Assembly: GCA_038231275.1 (NCBI GenBank)
Contig: JBBRLQ010000014.1
Location: forward strand, 162,274-226,273
DNA from: Polyangiales bacterium
Lineage (GTDB): Bacteria; Myxococcota_A; Polyangia; Polyangiales; Polyangiaceae
Reading direction: 5' to 3'
Length of the DNA stretch: 64,000 nt
Positions 18,750-28,729 of the stretch are shown piece after piece. The notes beneath the pieces are model-generated. The model saw only the letters and a program-made list of their open reading frames with translations, was not told the origin of the DNA and ran no database searches. Within the stretch, counting starts at the first letter, position 1. Each line of letters starts with the position of its first letter. A program made the position numbers and the translations under genes.

Positions 18750-20650
18750 TCTTCGCGGGCCTGCCGCTCGCCACGCTCCTCACGATCTTCGGGATCGTGG
18801 GGGCAGGCGTCGTGGGCCTGTACATCTTGAAGCTGCGCCGGCGCACCGTCGCCGTGCCGTTCTCGCCGCTCTGGCAGAAAATTTTGAAGGACAAGGAGGC
18901 GACGAGCCTCTTCTCCAAGCTGAAGCGGCTGCTCTCGCTGCTTCTTCAGCTCGCGCTCCTCCTCTTGCTGGTGCTGGCGCTCGGAGACCCGCGCGCGGCC
19001 GCGACGCTCATCAAGGGGCGAAACCTGGTGGTGCTCGTGGACGCGAGCGCGTCGATGCAGGCCACCGATGTCGCGCCGTCGCGGCTCGGCGTGGCCAAGG
19101 ACAGAGTGCGGTCGATGATCCGCGGCCTCGGCGGCTCCGATCGGATGCTCGTCGCGCAGATGGACGCGATGATCACGCCGCTGGGGCCGATGAGCGGCGA
19201 CACCGGCGAGCTCGAACGCGCGCTCGATCAGGTGAAGGCCACCGACGCCCGTGCCGATTTTCCGCGCGCGCTTCGCTTCGCCGCCGACGCCCTGCGCGGG
19301 GTCGACAACGCGGAGATCGTGGTCGTGTCGGACGGCGTGCTCGGCGCCGCGGAGGACGCGACGGGCGGCGTGAAGCTCGGCGACACGCGCCTCTCGTTCG
19401 TCTCCGTCGGCACCGGCAAGCGCAACGTCGGCATCACGCAGTTCTCGGTGCGCCGCTACCCGCTCGACAAGAGCCGCTACGAGGTGATGCTCGAGGTCAC
19501 CAACACGGGGCCCGAGCAAGAGGACATCGAGCTCACCCTCATCGGCGACAAGCAGCCGGTCGACATCTTGAAGCTGCGCCTCAAGCCGGGCGAACGCCTC
19601 CCGCGTTTCTACCCGCAGCTCTCCGGCGCCAGCCGCACGCTCGAAGCGCGCATCAAGCCGCTCGATCGCGAGCACGACGATCTCCCCGCCGACGATCACG
19701 CGTACGCGCTCCTCCCCGAGCGGCGTCGCGCCAAGATCCTCGTCGTCACGACCGGCAACACGTACCTCGAGGCCGCGCTCCTGTTGGACGAGTACCTCGA
19801 CGTCGAGGTCGTGGCCCCCGCGCAGTACGCGAAGAAGGCGGGCGGCAAGTACGACGTCATCGTCTTCGACGGCGCCACCCCCGCGCAGCCTCCGCGCGCA
19901 CATGCATTCTACATCGATCCGCGCGGACCGGGCTCGCCCGTCAAAATCGGCGAGGAGCTGAAGCAACCCGGCTTCGACAAGCTCGATCGCAAGCACCCGA
20001 TCATCCGCTTCACCGCGCTCGACGACGTGAACATCGCGCGCGCGCACAAGCTGATCCCGGAGCCGGGCGACAAGATCGTCGGCGCGTCCGCGGAGGGGCC
20101 CATCTTCGTCGCCGGCAGCCGCGCGGGCTTCAAGTTCGCGGTCCTTGGGTTCGATCTGCGCGAGGCCGATTTGCCGCTGCGCGTCGCGTGGCCGCTGATG
20201 CTGCTCGACGCGATCAACTGGTTCACCGAAGAAGACGCCGGGTACCTCTCCAGCTTCCGCACCGGCGACGTCTGGCGTGTGCCGGTGAGCACTCCTCAAG
20301 TGTCGGCGTCGCTCAAGCGCCCCGACGGCGAGATCGAGCAAATCCCAGTACACGAAGGCCGCGCGGTCTACCTCGGCCAACGCGCGGGCTTTTACGAGCT
20401 CACCGTGCCACAGGGCCAGCCCGGGGACGGCACGCCCGCGATCGTCACGTCGTTCGCGGCGAATCTGCTCGACGAGGCGGAGAGCACGATCACGCCTGCC
20501 GACAAGCTCGAGGTCGGTGGCAAGCCCGCCGGTGAGCTCGCGACCTTCCACATCGGCGTCCGGCGTGAGATCTGGATCTACCTCCTCCTCGCCGTCGCGC
20601 TGCTGACCGCGATCGAGTGGGCCACCTACCACCGCAGGCTCACCGTATGA
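18746..20650 (+). CDS. BatA-like N-terminal TM + vWA domain protein
   Basis: LY-ILK-RR...FS BatA-type N-terminus, MIDAS DASAS, SDG, C-terminal TM (AIEW). Confidence 0.88.
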   Translation: MIFAGLPLATLLTIFGIVGAGVVGLYILKLRRRTVAVPFSPLWQKILKDKEATSLFSKLKRLLSLLLQLALLLLLVLALGDPRAAATLIKGRNLVVLVDASASMQATDVAPSRLGVAKDRVRSMIRGLGGSDRMLVAQMDAMITPLGPMSGDTGELERALDQVKATDARADFPRALRFAADALRGVDNAEIVVVSDGVLGAAEDATGGVKLGDTRLSFVSVGTGKRNVGITQFSVRRYPLDKSRYEVMLEVTNTGPEQEDIELTLIGDKQPVDILKLRLKPGERLPRFYPQLSGASRTLEARIKPLDREHDDLPADDHAYALLPERRRAKILVVTTGNTYLEAALLLDEYLDVEVVAPAQYAKKAGGKYDVIVFDGATPAQPPRAHAFYIDPRGPGSPVKIGEELKQPGFDKLDRKHPIIRFTALDDVNIARAHKLIPEPGDKIVGASAEGPIFVAGSRAGFKFAVLGFDLREADLPLRVAWPLMLLDAINWFTEEDAGYLSSFRTGDVWRVPVSTPQVSASLKRPDGEIEQIPVHEGRAVYLGQRAGFYELTVPQGQPGDGTPAIVTSFAANLLDEAESTITPADKLEVGGKPAGELATFHIGVRREIWIYLLLAVALLTAIEWATYHRRLTV

Positions 20651-23439
20651 ACCGCGAGCGCATCAAGCAGCTGGTGTACGGCGCGCTGATCGTCTTGGTC
20701 GGCGCGCTGGGGCTCTACCTCTACTTACGGTTCGTCTGGTATGCGGGGCCGTCACTCACGCGGACGATCGGCGGCAAGGAGTACGAGCTCCTCTCGCCGC
20801 GCATGCTCGGGATCGGCCTGCTCGCGCCGTATTTCCTGTGGATGATCGGGCGAAGCCTCGCCGATCTGCCGATGGTCCAGCGCGTCCTGTCGGTGGCGCT
20901 GCGCGTCGCGTTCGTGCTGCTCGTCGCGCTCGGCCTCTCGCGCCTCGCGCGCACCGCCACGACGCAGAAGGTGTGCACGGTCTACGTCGTCGACGTGAGC
21001 GAGTCGGTGCCGGAAGAAGCGGTCGCCGACGCGAAGGCGGAGATCCAGAAGGGCCTCGCCGCGAAGGGCAAAGAGGATCTGGTTCGCGTCGTCACGTTCG
21101 CGCGTCGTCCGCACGTCGTGCCGATCGCCGACGACGCAACGACGGCGCCGGAGCTCGCGCGTCACGAGGCGCTGAACCTCGAGCCGGGCAAGAAGCTCGG
21201 CCTCGGCGCAGCGACCGACATCGCGAGCGCGCTCCAGCTCGCGTACGGCTTGTACCCGGCCGGGTACTTGCGGCGCGCGGTGGTCCTCTCGGACGGCGTG
21301 CAGACCGACGGTGATCTCCTCGCCGAGGCGAACCGCGCGCGCGGCTTCGGCGTGAAGCTCTTCACGATCGCCTACCGCCGTCCGGTGCCCGGCGAGGTCG
21401 CCGTCCGCGAGCTGCGCGCTCCTGACAAGATCCGCGTCGGCGAGCCGTTCGAGCTCCACGCCAGCATCTTCTCGAGCCGCCCGCAGCAAGCGAAGGCAGT
21501 GCTCAAGCAGGGAGAGGCGATCAACGGCCTCGACGGCGTCCGCACGCTGGATCTCAAGGCCGGCGAGAACGACGTGACCTTCAAGAGCATCGTCCGCGTC
21601 GCCGGCGAGGTCACCTACGCGCTCGATCTGACCGACATGCCGGAGGATCGCTTCAAGGAGAACAACCGCTACGCCGTCACCGCGGCGGTGCCGGGCCGGC
21701 CGACCGTCCTCTACGTCGAAGGCAACACCGCGCGCGCGAGCTACTTGTCGAGCGCGCTCTCGGCGCAAGAGTTCGAGGTCGACGTCCGCGCGCCGCGCGA
21801 GATGCCGCAGAGCCTTCGAGAGCTCGAACGCTACGACTTCGTGATCCTCTCGGACGCTCCCGCCGACGCGGTGAGCCTCACACAGCAAGACGCGATCGAG
21901 GGCTACGTCCGCGATCTCGGGGGCGGCTTCCTCTTCGCCGGAGGCGAGAGCGGCTATGGCCTCGGCGGCTGGTACCACTCCACGATCGAGCGCATTTTGC
22001 CGGTCCGCATGGACGCCGAGAAGCGCCGCGACGAGCCCGGCGTCGCCATGGTGCTCGTCATCGATCGCTCGGGCTCGATGAGCGGTCTGCCCCTCGAGAT
22101 GGCGAAGGCCGCGGCCAAGGCGACCGCCGACACGCTCTCGGGCGAAGATTTCCTCGAGGTCATCGCCTTCGACACGCAGCCCACGCGCGTCGTGAAGATG
22201 ACCGCCGCCAAGCACCGCGCGCGCATCCAGAACGACATCGCGCGCATCCAGCCGGGCGGCGGCACCGAGATCTTCAGCGCGCTCGACGCGGCGTACCAGT
22301 CGCTCACGGTGACGCGCGCGCGCAAGAAACACGTCATCCTCCTCACCGACGGCCAAGCGCCGCAGAACGGCATCCGCGATCTCATCCAGGCGATGGCCGC
22401 CGAGTCGATCACGGTGTCGTCGGTCGGCCTCGGCAGCGGCGTCGACGAGAATCTCCTCCGGATGATCTCGGATCTCGGCGGCGGCCGCTTCTACAAGGTG
22501 CTCGATCCGCAGTCCTTGCCGCGCGTCTTCACGCGCGAGACCGAGATGGTGAGCCGCTCGGCCGCCGTCGAGGAGTATTTCCAACCCAAGCTCGTCACGC
22601 CCGCCGATTTTCTCCGCGGCATCGACATCAACGCGGCGCCGTTCCTCCACGGCTACGTCGCGACCAAGATGAAGCCGACGCCCGCGCAAGAGATCCTCAC
22701 GAGCGAGCTCGGCGAGCCGATCTTGGCGCGCTGGCACGTCGGGCTCGGGTGGTCTTTGGCCTGGACGAGCGACGTGAAGAACCTCTGGGCGGTCGAGTGG
22801 CTGCGTTGGCCGGGGTACGGGCAGTTCTGGGGTCAGCTCGTTCGCGAGCACATGCGCCAGAAGCGCCGTCAGCAGCTCGACATGCGCGCCGAGATCGATC
22901 CGGCGACCGGCCACGTGCGCGCGGCAATCGACGCGGTCGGCCACGACGACAAATTCCAGAACGGCCTCGACGCGAAGTTCACCATCAAGGGGCCGCAGCC
23001 CGGCGGCGAGAGCAAGACGCTCCCAATGCGCCAGACCGCGCCGGGGCGCTACGAGGCGGACTTCCCGATCGATCGCTACGGATCGTTCCTGCTGCACGCG
23101 AGCCTCGAGAAGCAAGTCGACGACGGCAAGGGGGGCACGCGGAGCGCCGCGGTCGCCGAGAGCTTCGGCCACGTGACGAACCCGTATCCGCGTGAGTACC
23201 TGGCGCTGGCGCCCGACGTGACGACGCTCTCGCGCGCCGCGCAGGTCACCGGCGGCAGGATCGATCCCGAGGCCAAGGCCGTATTCGATCCGGCGGGGGA
23301 CAGCATTTCGTACCACGAGGATCTCTGGCCGCGCTTCATCCTCGCCGCGATCATCGTCTTCCTGCTCGACCTCGTCGTCCGACGCGTGCGCATCTTCGAT
23401 CGCAAAAAGACGGCGCGTCCGAGCTTCGCCAAAGCCTAG
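20647..23439 (+). CDS. Membrane protein with two vWA domains and a glutamine-amidotransferase-like domain
   Basis: MIDAS DVSES and DRSGS; YDFVILSD/GGGFLFAGG; W-x-x-GLG...WTSD; terminal TM helices. Confidence 0.88.
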   Translation: MNRERIKQLVYGALIVLVGALGLYLYLRFVWYAGPSLTRTIGGKEYELLSPRMLGIGLLAPYFLWMIGRSLADLPMVQRVLSVALRVAFVLLVALGLSRLARTATTQKVCTVYVVDVSESVPEEAVADAKAEIQKGLAAKGKEDLVRVVTFARRPHVVPIADDATTAPELARHEALNLEPGKKLGLGAATDIASALQLAYGLYPAGYLRRAVVLSDGVQTDGDLLAEANRARGFGVKLFTIAYRRPVPGEVAVRELRAPDKIRVGEPFELHASIFSSRPQQAKAVLKQGEAINGLDGVRTLDLKAGENDVTFKSIVRVAGEVTYALDLTDMPEDRFKENNRYAVTAAVPGRPTVLYVEGNTARASYLSSALSAQEFEVDVRAPREMPQSLRELERYDFVILSDAPADAVSLTQQDAIEGYVRDLGGGFLFAGGESGYGLGGWYHSTIERILPVRMDAEKRRDEPGVAMVLVIDRSGSMSGLPLEMAKAAAKATADTLSGEDFLEVIAFDTQPTRVVKMTAAKHRARIQNDIARIQPGGGTEIFSALDAAYQSLTVTRARKKHVILLTDGQAPQNGIRDLIQAMAAESITVSSVGLGSGVDENLLRMISDLGGGRFYKVLDPQSLPRVFTRETEMVSRSAAVEEYFQPKLVTPADFLRGIDINAAPFLHGYVATKMKPTPAQEILTSELGEPILARWHVGLGWSLAWTSDVKNLWAVEWLRWPGYGQFWGQLVREHMRQKRRQQLDMRAEIDPATGHVRAAIDAVGHDDKFQNGLDAKFTIKGPQPGGESKTLPMRQTAPGRYEADFPIDRYGSFLLHASLEKQVDDGKGGTRSAAVAESFGHVTNPYPREYLALAPDVTTLSRAAQVTGGRIDPEAKAVFDPAGDSISYHEDLWPRFILAAIIVFLLDLVVRRVRIFDRKKTARPSFAKA

Positions 23440-23472
23440 AGTGGGCGAGAACTGGCCCAGGCTCCGCGCGTC

Positions 23473-23853
23473 GTGTACGTGAAACGGGTGCGCCCGCGTT
23501 TTGCTCCTCTATTGTCGTGGCTGCTCCTCGCGGCGGTCACCACGGTCGTGGGGCTCGTCGCTTGCAGCGGCGGGTCCAAGGATCCGCCCCCACATCCGCC
23601 CGTGACCGCGGACTGCCAGCTGCCTCCCATCGGATCCGTGACGGGGCCGAAATGCCCGGGAATTTGCATCGATCAAGTGTCGTGCGACGGGTCGTCGCCG
23701 AGCTGTCCGGCGGGATTCAGGAACGAGGGCTCCTACGGCTGCCCCAACTCCGCGCTGTGCTGCTACTTCGACGCCGACGGCGGCGCGGAAGCGGGCGCCG
23801 ACGCCTCCGTGGACTCGGCCGGCGTCTCCAGCGACGCGTCTCGGGCCGACTGA
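23473..23853 (+). CDS. Small Cys-rich lipoprotein
   Basis: LVAC lipobox; eight further Cys; ADA-rich tail. Confidence 0.6.
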   Translation: MYVKRVRPRFAPLLSWLLLAAVTTVVGLVACSGGSKDPPPHPPVTADCQLPPIGSVTGPKCPGICIDQVSCDGSSPSCPAGFRNEGSYGCPNSALCCYFDADGGAEAGADASVDSAGVSSDASRAD

Positions 23854-24009
23854 CGCGTTTGCGCGGGCGCAACGTCAGGCCTCGAAATGAGGCGTGGTGC
23901 GTCCCGCGAGGTCAGTGCTAAGAGGTCTCCCCCTTTTCACCCACCCTCCCGAGTCCTCCCGCGCGCCCGGCCCGCAACCCTTTGCGGCGCGGCGGCATCT
24001 AGGGAGAGG

Positions 24010-25392
24010 ATGAGAGTCGCCGCTTTGGACAGCAACGCCCCCAACGACGTCCCGATCAAGAGCTTCGACGACCTGCTCGCGATCTTCCATTCGGCGGAGA
24101 AGCCCGCGAGTGAGTTTCGCTGCGGCGCGGAGATGGAGAAGTTCGGCGTCGATCGCACGACCGGCGCACCCATCCAATACGACGGCGATCGCGGCGTGCT
24201 GCGCATCCTCGAGCGCTTGGCGACGCGCTTCAACTGGCGCCCCGAGCGCGAGACGGAGGGCGGCCCGATCATCGCGCTCTACCGCGACGGCGCGTCCGTC
24301 ACGCTCGAGCCGGGCAGTCAGCTGGAGCTCTCCGGCGCCGCGCTCCTCACCGTCCACGAAATCTGCGCCGAGCTGAGCGCGCACTTGCGCGAGCTCGACG
24401 AGGTCTCGCGCGACATGAACCTCCGCTGGCTCGGTCTCGGCTTCCACCCGTTCGCCAAGCGCAGCGATCTGACGTTCGTCCCCAAGCAGCGCTATGGCGT
24501 CATGCGCGAGTACCTGCCGACGCGCGGCGGCCACGCAATCGACATGATGCTCCGCACGTGCACCGTCCAGGGCAACTACGACTACTTGAACGAAGCCGAC
24601 GCGATGAAGAAGCTCCGCGTCGCGATGAAGCTCGCGCCGCTCACGACCGCGATCTTCGCGAACAGCCCCTGGTACGAGGGCGGACGCTTCGGCGGCGTGA
24701 CCTACCGCGGCAAGGTGTGGCTCGACGTCGATCCCGATCGCTCCGGTCTCGTGCCGCACATCTGGAAGGACGACGCGCGCTACGCCGACTACGTCGAGTG
24801 GGCGCTCGACTCGCCGATGTTCCTCATCAAGCGCGGCGGCGAGCCGATCCTCAACACCGGGCAGACGTTCCGCAGCTTCTGGAAGAGTGGCTATCAGGGC
24901 CACGAAGCGCTCCTCGGCGATTGGCAGACGCACCTCAACACCTTGTTCCCCGAAGTTCGTCTCAAGCGCACGATCGAGATCCGCGGCGCCGACGCGCAGA
25001 CGCCGGCCACCGCGTGCGCGCTGCCCGCGCTTTGGATGGGCATCCTCTACGACGCGAAGGCGCTCGACGAGGCCGCCGCCCTGACCGACGGCTGGACGCA
25101 CGACGAGGTGAACGCCTCGCGACCTGCGGTGTGGAAGGACGGCCTCCGCGCCACGTTCCGCGGGCAGACGCTCGCGAAGCTCGCCGAGCGCACCGTCGAG
25201 ATCGCGGAGGGCGGCCTCGAGCGGCGCGGCTTCAAGAACAAGGATGGCACGAGGGACGAGCGCATCCACCTCGCGCGTCTGAAGGATCTCGTGTCGCACG
25301 GCGAGTGTCCTGCCGATCGTCTGCTCGCGGGCCTCAAGGGCGATCCGCGCGCGGAGATCATGACCCGCGCGGACCTCAGCCCCGCGTCCTAG
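24010..25392 (+). CDS. gshA: Glutamate-cysteine ligase (GCS2, plant/alphaproteobacterial type)
   Basis: GAEMEKF, TLEPGSQLELSG, PKQRY, MMLRT, FANSP, TLFPEVRLK, EIRGAD. Confidence 0.9.
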   Translation: MRVAALDSNAPNDVPIKSFDDLLAIFHSAEKPASEFRCGAEMEKFGVDRTTGAPIQYDGDRGVLRILERLATRFNWRPERETEGGPIIALYRDGASVTLEPGSQLELSGAALLTVHEICAELSAHLRELDEVSRDMNLRWLGLGFHPFAKRSDLTFVPKQRYGVMREYLPTRGGHAIDMMLRTCTVQGNYDYLNEADAMKKLRVAMKLAPLTTAIFANSPWYEGGRFGGVTYRGKVWLDVDPDRSGLVPHIWKDDARYADYVEWALDSPMFLIKRGGEPILNTGQTFRSFWKSGYQGHEALLGDWQTHLNTLFPEVRLKRTIEIRGADAQTPATACALPALWMGILYDAKALDEAAALTDGWTHDEVNASRPAVWKDGLRATFRGQTLAKLAERTVEIAEGGLERRGFKNKDGTRDERIHLARLKDLVSHGECPADRLLAGLKGDPRAEIMTRADLSPAS

Positions 25393-26023
25393 CGCCGGCG
25401 GTCCCCGAACCACGCGTGCGTGCGCCTTCGAGGAATGCGCGCAGCTTGCGCTCGTCTTTGCGCCGAGGATCGCCGTCGACCTCGACGCCGCTCGCGACGT
25501 CGACGCCGTAGGGAGCGGCGATCGCGATCGCCTCGGCGACGTTCGCGGGAGTGAGGCCGCCGGCGAGGATCACGCGTCGCGCGCTGCATAGCCCACGAAC
25601 GAGGCGCCAATCGAAGGTCGCCCCGGTTCCTCCGAGGTGCCCCTCGACCTTCGCGTCCACGAGGAGCACGTCGCCCGCGACGTCGGCGGCGGCCTCCGCG
25701 TCCTCTGCGGTCCCGATGCGGATCGCCTTGTACGCGCGCGGCAAGAGTCCCGCGAGGACGTCGGGCGGCTCGTCCCCGTGCAGCTGAAGCTCCTGAAGCC
25801 CGAGCCGATCGCGGAGCGCGCGGAGAGCCTCGAGCGGAAGATCGGCCACGATCCCGACGACGGTGACCTTCTTCCCGACCGCAGCGACGATGGCGCGCGC
25901 GGTGTCCTCATCCACGCATCGCTTGCTCGACGGCACGAGGTTCACGCCGATCGCGTCGGCGCCGAGCGACGCGGCGAGGAGCGCGTCCGCAGCGCTCGTG
26001 ATGCCGCAGATCTTGACGATCAC
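25376..26023 (-). CDS. trpF: Phosphoribosylanthranilate isomerase
   Basis: VKICGIT, QLHGDE, GGTGATFDW, LAGGLTPANV, DVASGVE. Confidence 0.95.
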   Translation of the reverse strand: MIVKICGITSAADALLAASLGADAIGVNLVPSSKRCVDEDTARAIVAAVGKKVTVVGIVADLPLEALRALRDRLGLQELQLHGDEPPDVLAGLLPRAYKAIRIGTAEDAEAAADVAGDVLLVDAKVEGHLGGTGATFDWRLVRGLCSARRVILAGGLTPANVAEAIAIAAPYGVDVASGVEVDGDPRRKDERKLRAFLEGARTRGSGTAGARTRG

Positions 26024-26027
26024 CGCC

Positions 26028-26414
26028 TCACACGCCCTCGATGTGGAGCAGCTCCTTCACCTTCGCGATGACCTGCGGCGCCTGGATGGGCTTGGTGATG
26101 TAGGCGTTTGCGCCGAGCTGCATCGCGCGCTGGCGGTCCTCCGCCGAACCCTCGGTCGTGATGACGATGATCGGCGTGTCCTTGTGCGTCGGATCGCTCC
26201 GCACGCGCTTCACGAGCTTCAGGCCATCCATGATGGGCATGTTGATGTCGGTCAGGATGATGTCGAAGCGCGCGGCGGCGAGCTTGCGGAGACCGTCTAC
26301 GCCGTCGTCCGCTTCGGTGATGCGGAGGTTCTTGACGCGAGACAAAGCGAACACGAGAAGCTGCCGCATCATCGGCGAGTCTTCGACGACCAGGACGTTG
26401 TACTCGTCAGACAT
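26028..26414 (-). CDS. Single-domain CheY-like response regulator
   Basis: VVEDS, TDINMP, TTE, KP. Confidence 0.93.
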   Translation of the reverse strand: MSDEYNVLVVEDSPMMRQLLVFALSRVKNLRITEADDGVDGLRKLAAARFDIILTDINMPIMDGLKLVKRVRSDPTHKDTPIIVITTEGSAEDRQRAMQLGANAYITKPIQAPQVIAKVKELLHIEGV

Positions 26415-26468
26415 GTCTTCGGGCTTTTGAGCGGTGGAGAGGAACGGCGAGATCGGCGTGAAGCCGCG

Positions 26469-27299
26469 TTAGGGGTGCGGCGGATCCCCGACGGCGCGCA
26501 GCCATAGGAGGGCGCCGGTGATGGCGGTCGCGGCATGTGCGCCCAGCATCCGGAACAGCTCTCGATCGTTGGCGGTGAACGCCTCCTTCTGATCGAGGAG
26601 ACGGTAGACGGCGATCACGCCGACCGTGCGGCCATCGAGCTTCAGCGGCACGCACGCGACCGGCCGGTCCACGCCGCAGGCCGCGATCTCGGAGTCGAAC
26701 AGCGGCGCGCCGGTGAGGAACGCCTGCTCGATCGCGCGCGCGCCGGGCGGCGGCTCGGCGACAGGGCGGGTCGCCACGACGGGCAGACCTTCGCGTCCGA
26801 CGCCGTGCGAAGCGATTGGCGCGAGCGCGTCTCCGCCGTCTTGCAGGTAGTAAAGAGCGTGCTCGCGCGAGCCGACGAACTGCTCGAGCAGCTCGCTGAT
26901 GTGCGTGAGGACGCGGGCGAGATCGAGGGTCGAGTGGAGCTGATCGGCGGCGATGTAGAGGTTCGCCATGTTCGCCAGATCCGCCTCCACCGCCGAGCAC
27001 AGGGCGAAGGTCCGCGTCGAGACCGCCGCGAGCTCCTCTCGCTCTTGCTCGAGTTGATCGATGCGGCGAAGGGCGGTTTGGAGGCTCCGATCGCCGGCGA
27101 GCTGCCCGCGCAGCGCCACGTTGGTCGCCTCGAGCTCGGCGACGCGCGCGCGGAGTCTCTCGCCCTCCTCCTGGAGCTGTGAAGCTAGCTCTTCGCCTTG
27201 GCGGAAGAGCGTGCTCAGAGACGAATCGCGCGTTCCCGTGCCCCCCTCGTCCTCGATCACGAGAGGCCGCACGCGCTCGCGGCTCTTCTTCTCCGTCAT
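26469..27299 (-). CDS. Coiled-coil + GAF domain protein
   Basis: Heptad region followed by GAF (ACVPLK...GVIAVY). Confidence 0.78.
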   Translation of the reverse strand: MTEKKSRERVRPLVIEDEGGTGTRDSSLSTLFRQGEELASQLQEEGERLRARVAELEATNVALRGQLAGDRSLQTALRRIDQLEQEREELAAVSTRTFALCSAVEADLANMANLYIAADQLHSTLDLARVLTHISELLEQFVGSREHALYYLQDGGDALAPIASHGVGREGLPVVATRPVAEPPPGARAIEQAFLTGAPLFDSEIAACGVDRPVACVPLKLDGRTVGVIAVYRLLDQKEAFTANDRELFRMLGAHAATAITGALLWLRAVGDPPHP

Positions 27300-27304
27300 C
27301 CCGT

Positions 27305-28390
27305 TCAGCGTATCACGTCGCCCGCATCGCCAAGCTGAGAGAGCCACGCCCGCAGATTCCCGCCGATAACGCGTGGCGCCGTGCGGAGCGCGCTCACGTT
27401 GGCGCACCCTGTGAGAAGCATCGCTGCACGTAGCTCGGCCTCGACGCCGTCGAGGAGCGCGGCGGCCTCCGAGCGTCCACCTGCGTGGAGCGCGCGCAAG
27501 ACGGGACGTGCCATGCCGGCCGCGCTCGCGCCGAGGGCCAATGCGCGTGCGACGTCGAGACCCGTGGCGATGCCGCCGGTCGCAACGATCGCCTCGAAGC
27601 CGAGCGGCGCGAGCAGGGCCACGCTCGCCGCGGTCGGGATGCCCCAGTCCCAAAACGCCTCCCCCAACGCGCTCGCGTGAGGATCGCCCGCCGACACGGC
27701 GCGCTTCGTCTCGACGCCGACCCACGACGTGCCGCCCGCGCCGGAGACGTCGACGCGCGTGACGCCGGCCTTTCGCAGGCGCCTGCCGACCGCGGGCGAG
27801 AGGCCGCAGCCGGTCTCCTTCACGACGACCGGAACGCCGAGCCCTTCGACCAAGCGCTGGATGGTCTCGAGGCCGCCCCGGAAGTCGCGATCGCCGCCGG
27901 GCTGCACGAGCTCCATCGCCGGATTCAAATGAACGCAGAGCGCGTCGGCGCCGACCTCGCCGACCAGCTGCCTAACCTCGTCGTCGCTCATCGCGCGCGC
28001 CTGCACGACGCCGACATTGCCGAGCACCAGCGTCGTCGGCGCCACTTCGCGCACGCGGTAGGTCGGCGCGGTATTCGCGCGCGTGTGCATGGCCCGCTGG
28101 CTGCCCAGGCCGAAGCCGTAGCCACGCTCCTCGGCGATCTCAGCGAGCTGCCGGTTGATGATGCCGGCCTCCTCAGTGCCGCCCGTCATCGCCGCGATGA
28201 GGATCGGCGCGCGGAGCTTCTTGCCGAGGAGGGTCACCGACAGATCGAGACCGTCGGCGTGGAGATCGGGAAGCGCGTCGTGGACGAGGCGCACCTCCTC
28301 GAGGAGCGTGGTCACGCCCCGAAAGCCGACGTCCTCGGTCGCGCACAGCGAGAGGTGGTCGGCCTTCCGCTGTCCAATGGGATTGCTCAT
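27305..28390 (-). CDS. fni: Type 2 isopentenyl-diphosphate isomerase
   Basis: RKADH, AMTGG, GSQR, HLNPAME, VKETGCG, GAGGTSW. Confidence 0.95.
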   Translation of the reverse strand: MSNPIGQRKADHLSLCATEDVGFRGVTTLLEEVRLVHDALPDLHADGLDLSVTLLGKKLRAPILIAAMTGGTEEAGIINRQLAEIAEERGYGFGLGSQRAMHTRANTAPTYRVREVAPTTLVLGNVGVVQARAMSDDEVRQLVGEVGADALCVHLNPAMELVQPGGDRDFRGGLETIQRLVEGLGVPVVVKETGCGLSPAVGRRLRKAGVTRVDVSGAGGTSWVGVETKRAVSAGDPHASALGEAFWDWGIPTAASVALLAPLGFEAIVATGGIATGLDVARALALGASAAGMARPVLRALHAGGRSEAAALLDGVEAELRAAMLLTGCANVSALRTAPRVIGGNLRAWLSQLGDAGDVIR

Positions 28391-28555
28391 TTCGGCTCCG
28401 ACTTCATAAGCGAGGACGAAGGGTTACGCCATCCCCCTGGGGCAAGGGTGTGGGGCGCCGCTCATCCAGCAGGGTGATCTTGTGGCTGAATGTTTGAAAC
28501 TTCAAAGAAATGTGAAAACAACTAGAAATCCTCACGTTTCATGGCAAAACCAGCG

Positions 28556-28584
28556 TTGACAGCCCCCGCCTTGGACCCTAGTTT
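28556..28584 (+). promoter_or_regulatory. Sigma70-type promoter for the isoprenoid operon
   Basis: TTGACA (28556-61), 17 bp spacer, TAGTTT (28579-84). Confidence 0.65.
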
Positions 28585-28729
28585 CCGCTTCGGCAGGTTC
28601 TTCGCATTCAAGACCACCGTTCCCCACTTTGCGCGATGAGGTGCTGGCGTGCCGGCGGATTTCCATCCACTACTCGCGGACTCCAACGGCAAGCGCCCTG
28701 CGCGCGAGGCCGCGGAGGGGCACGCCCGC

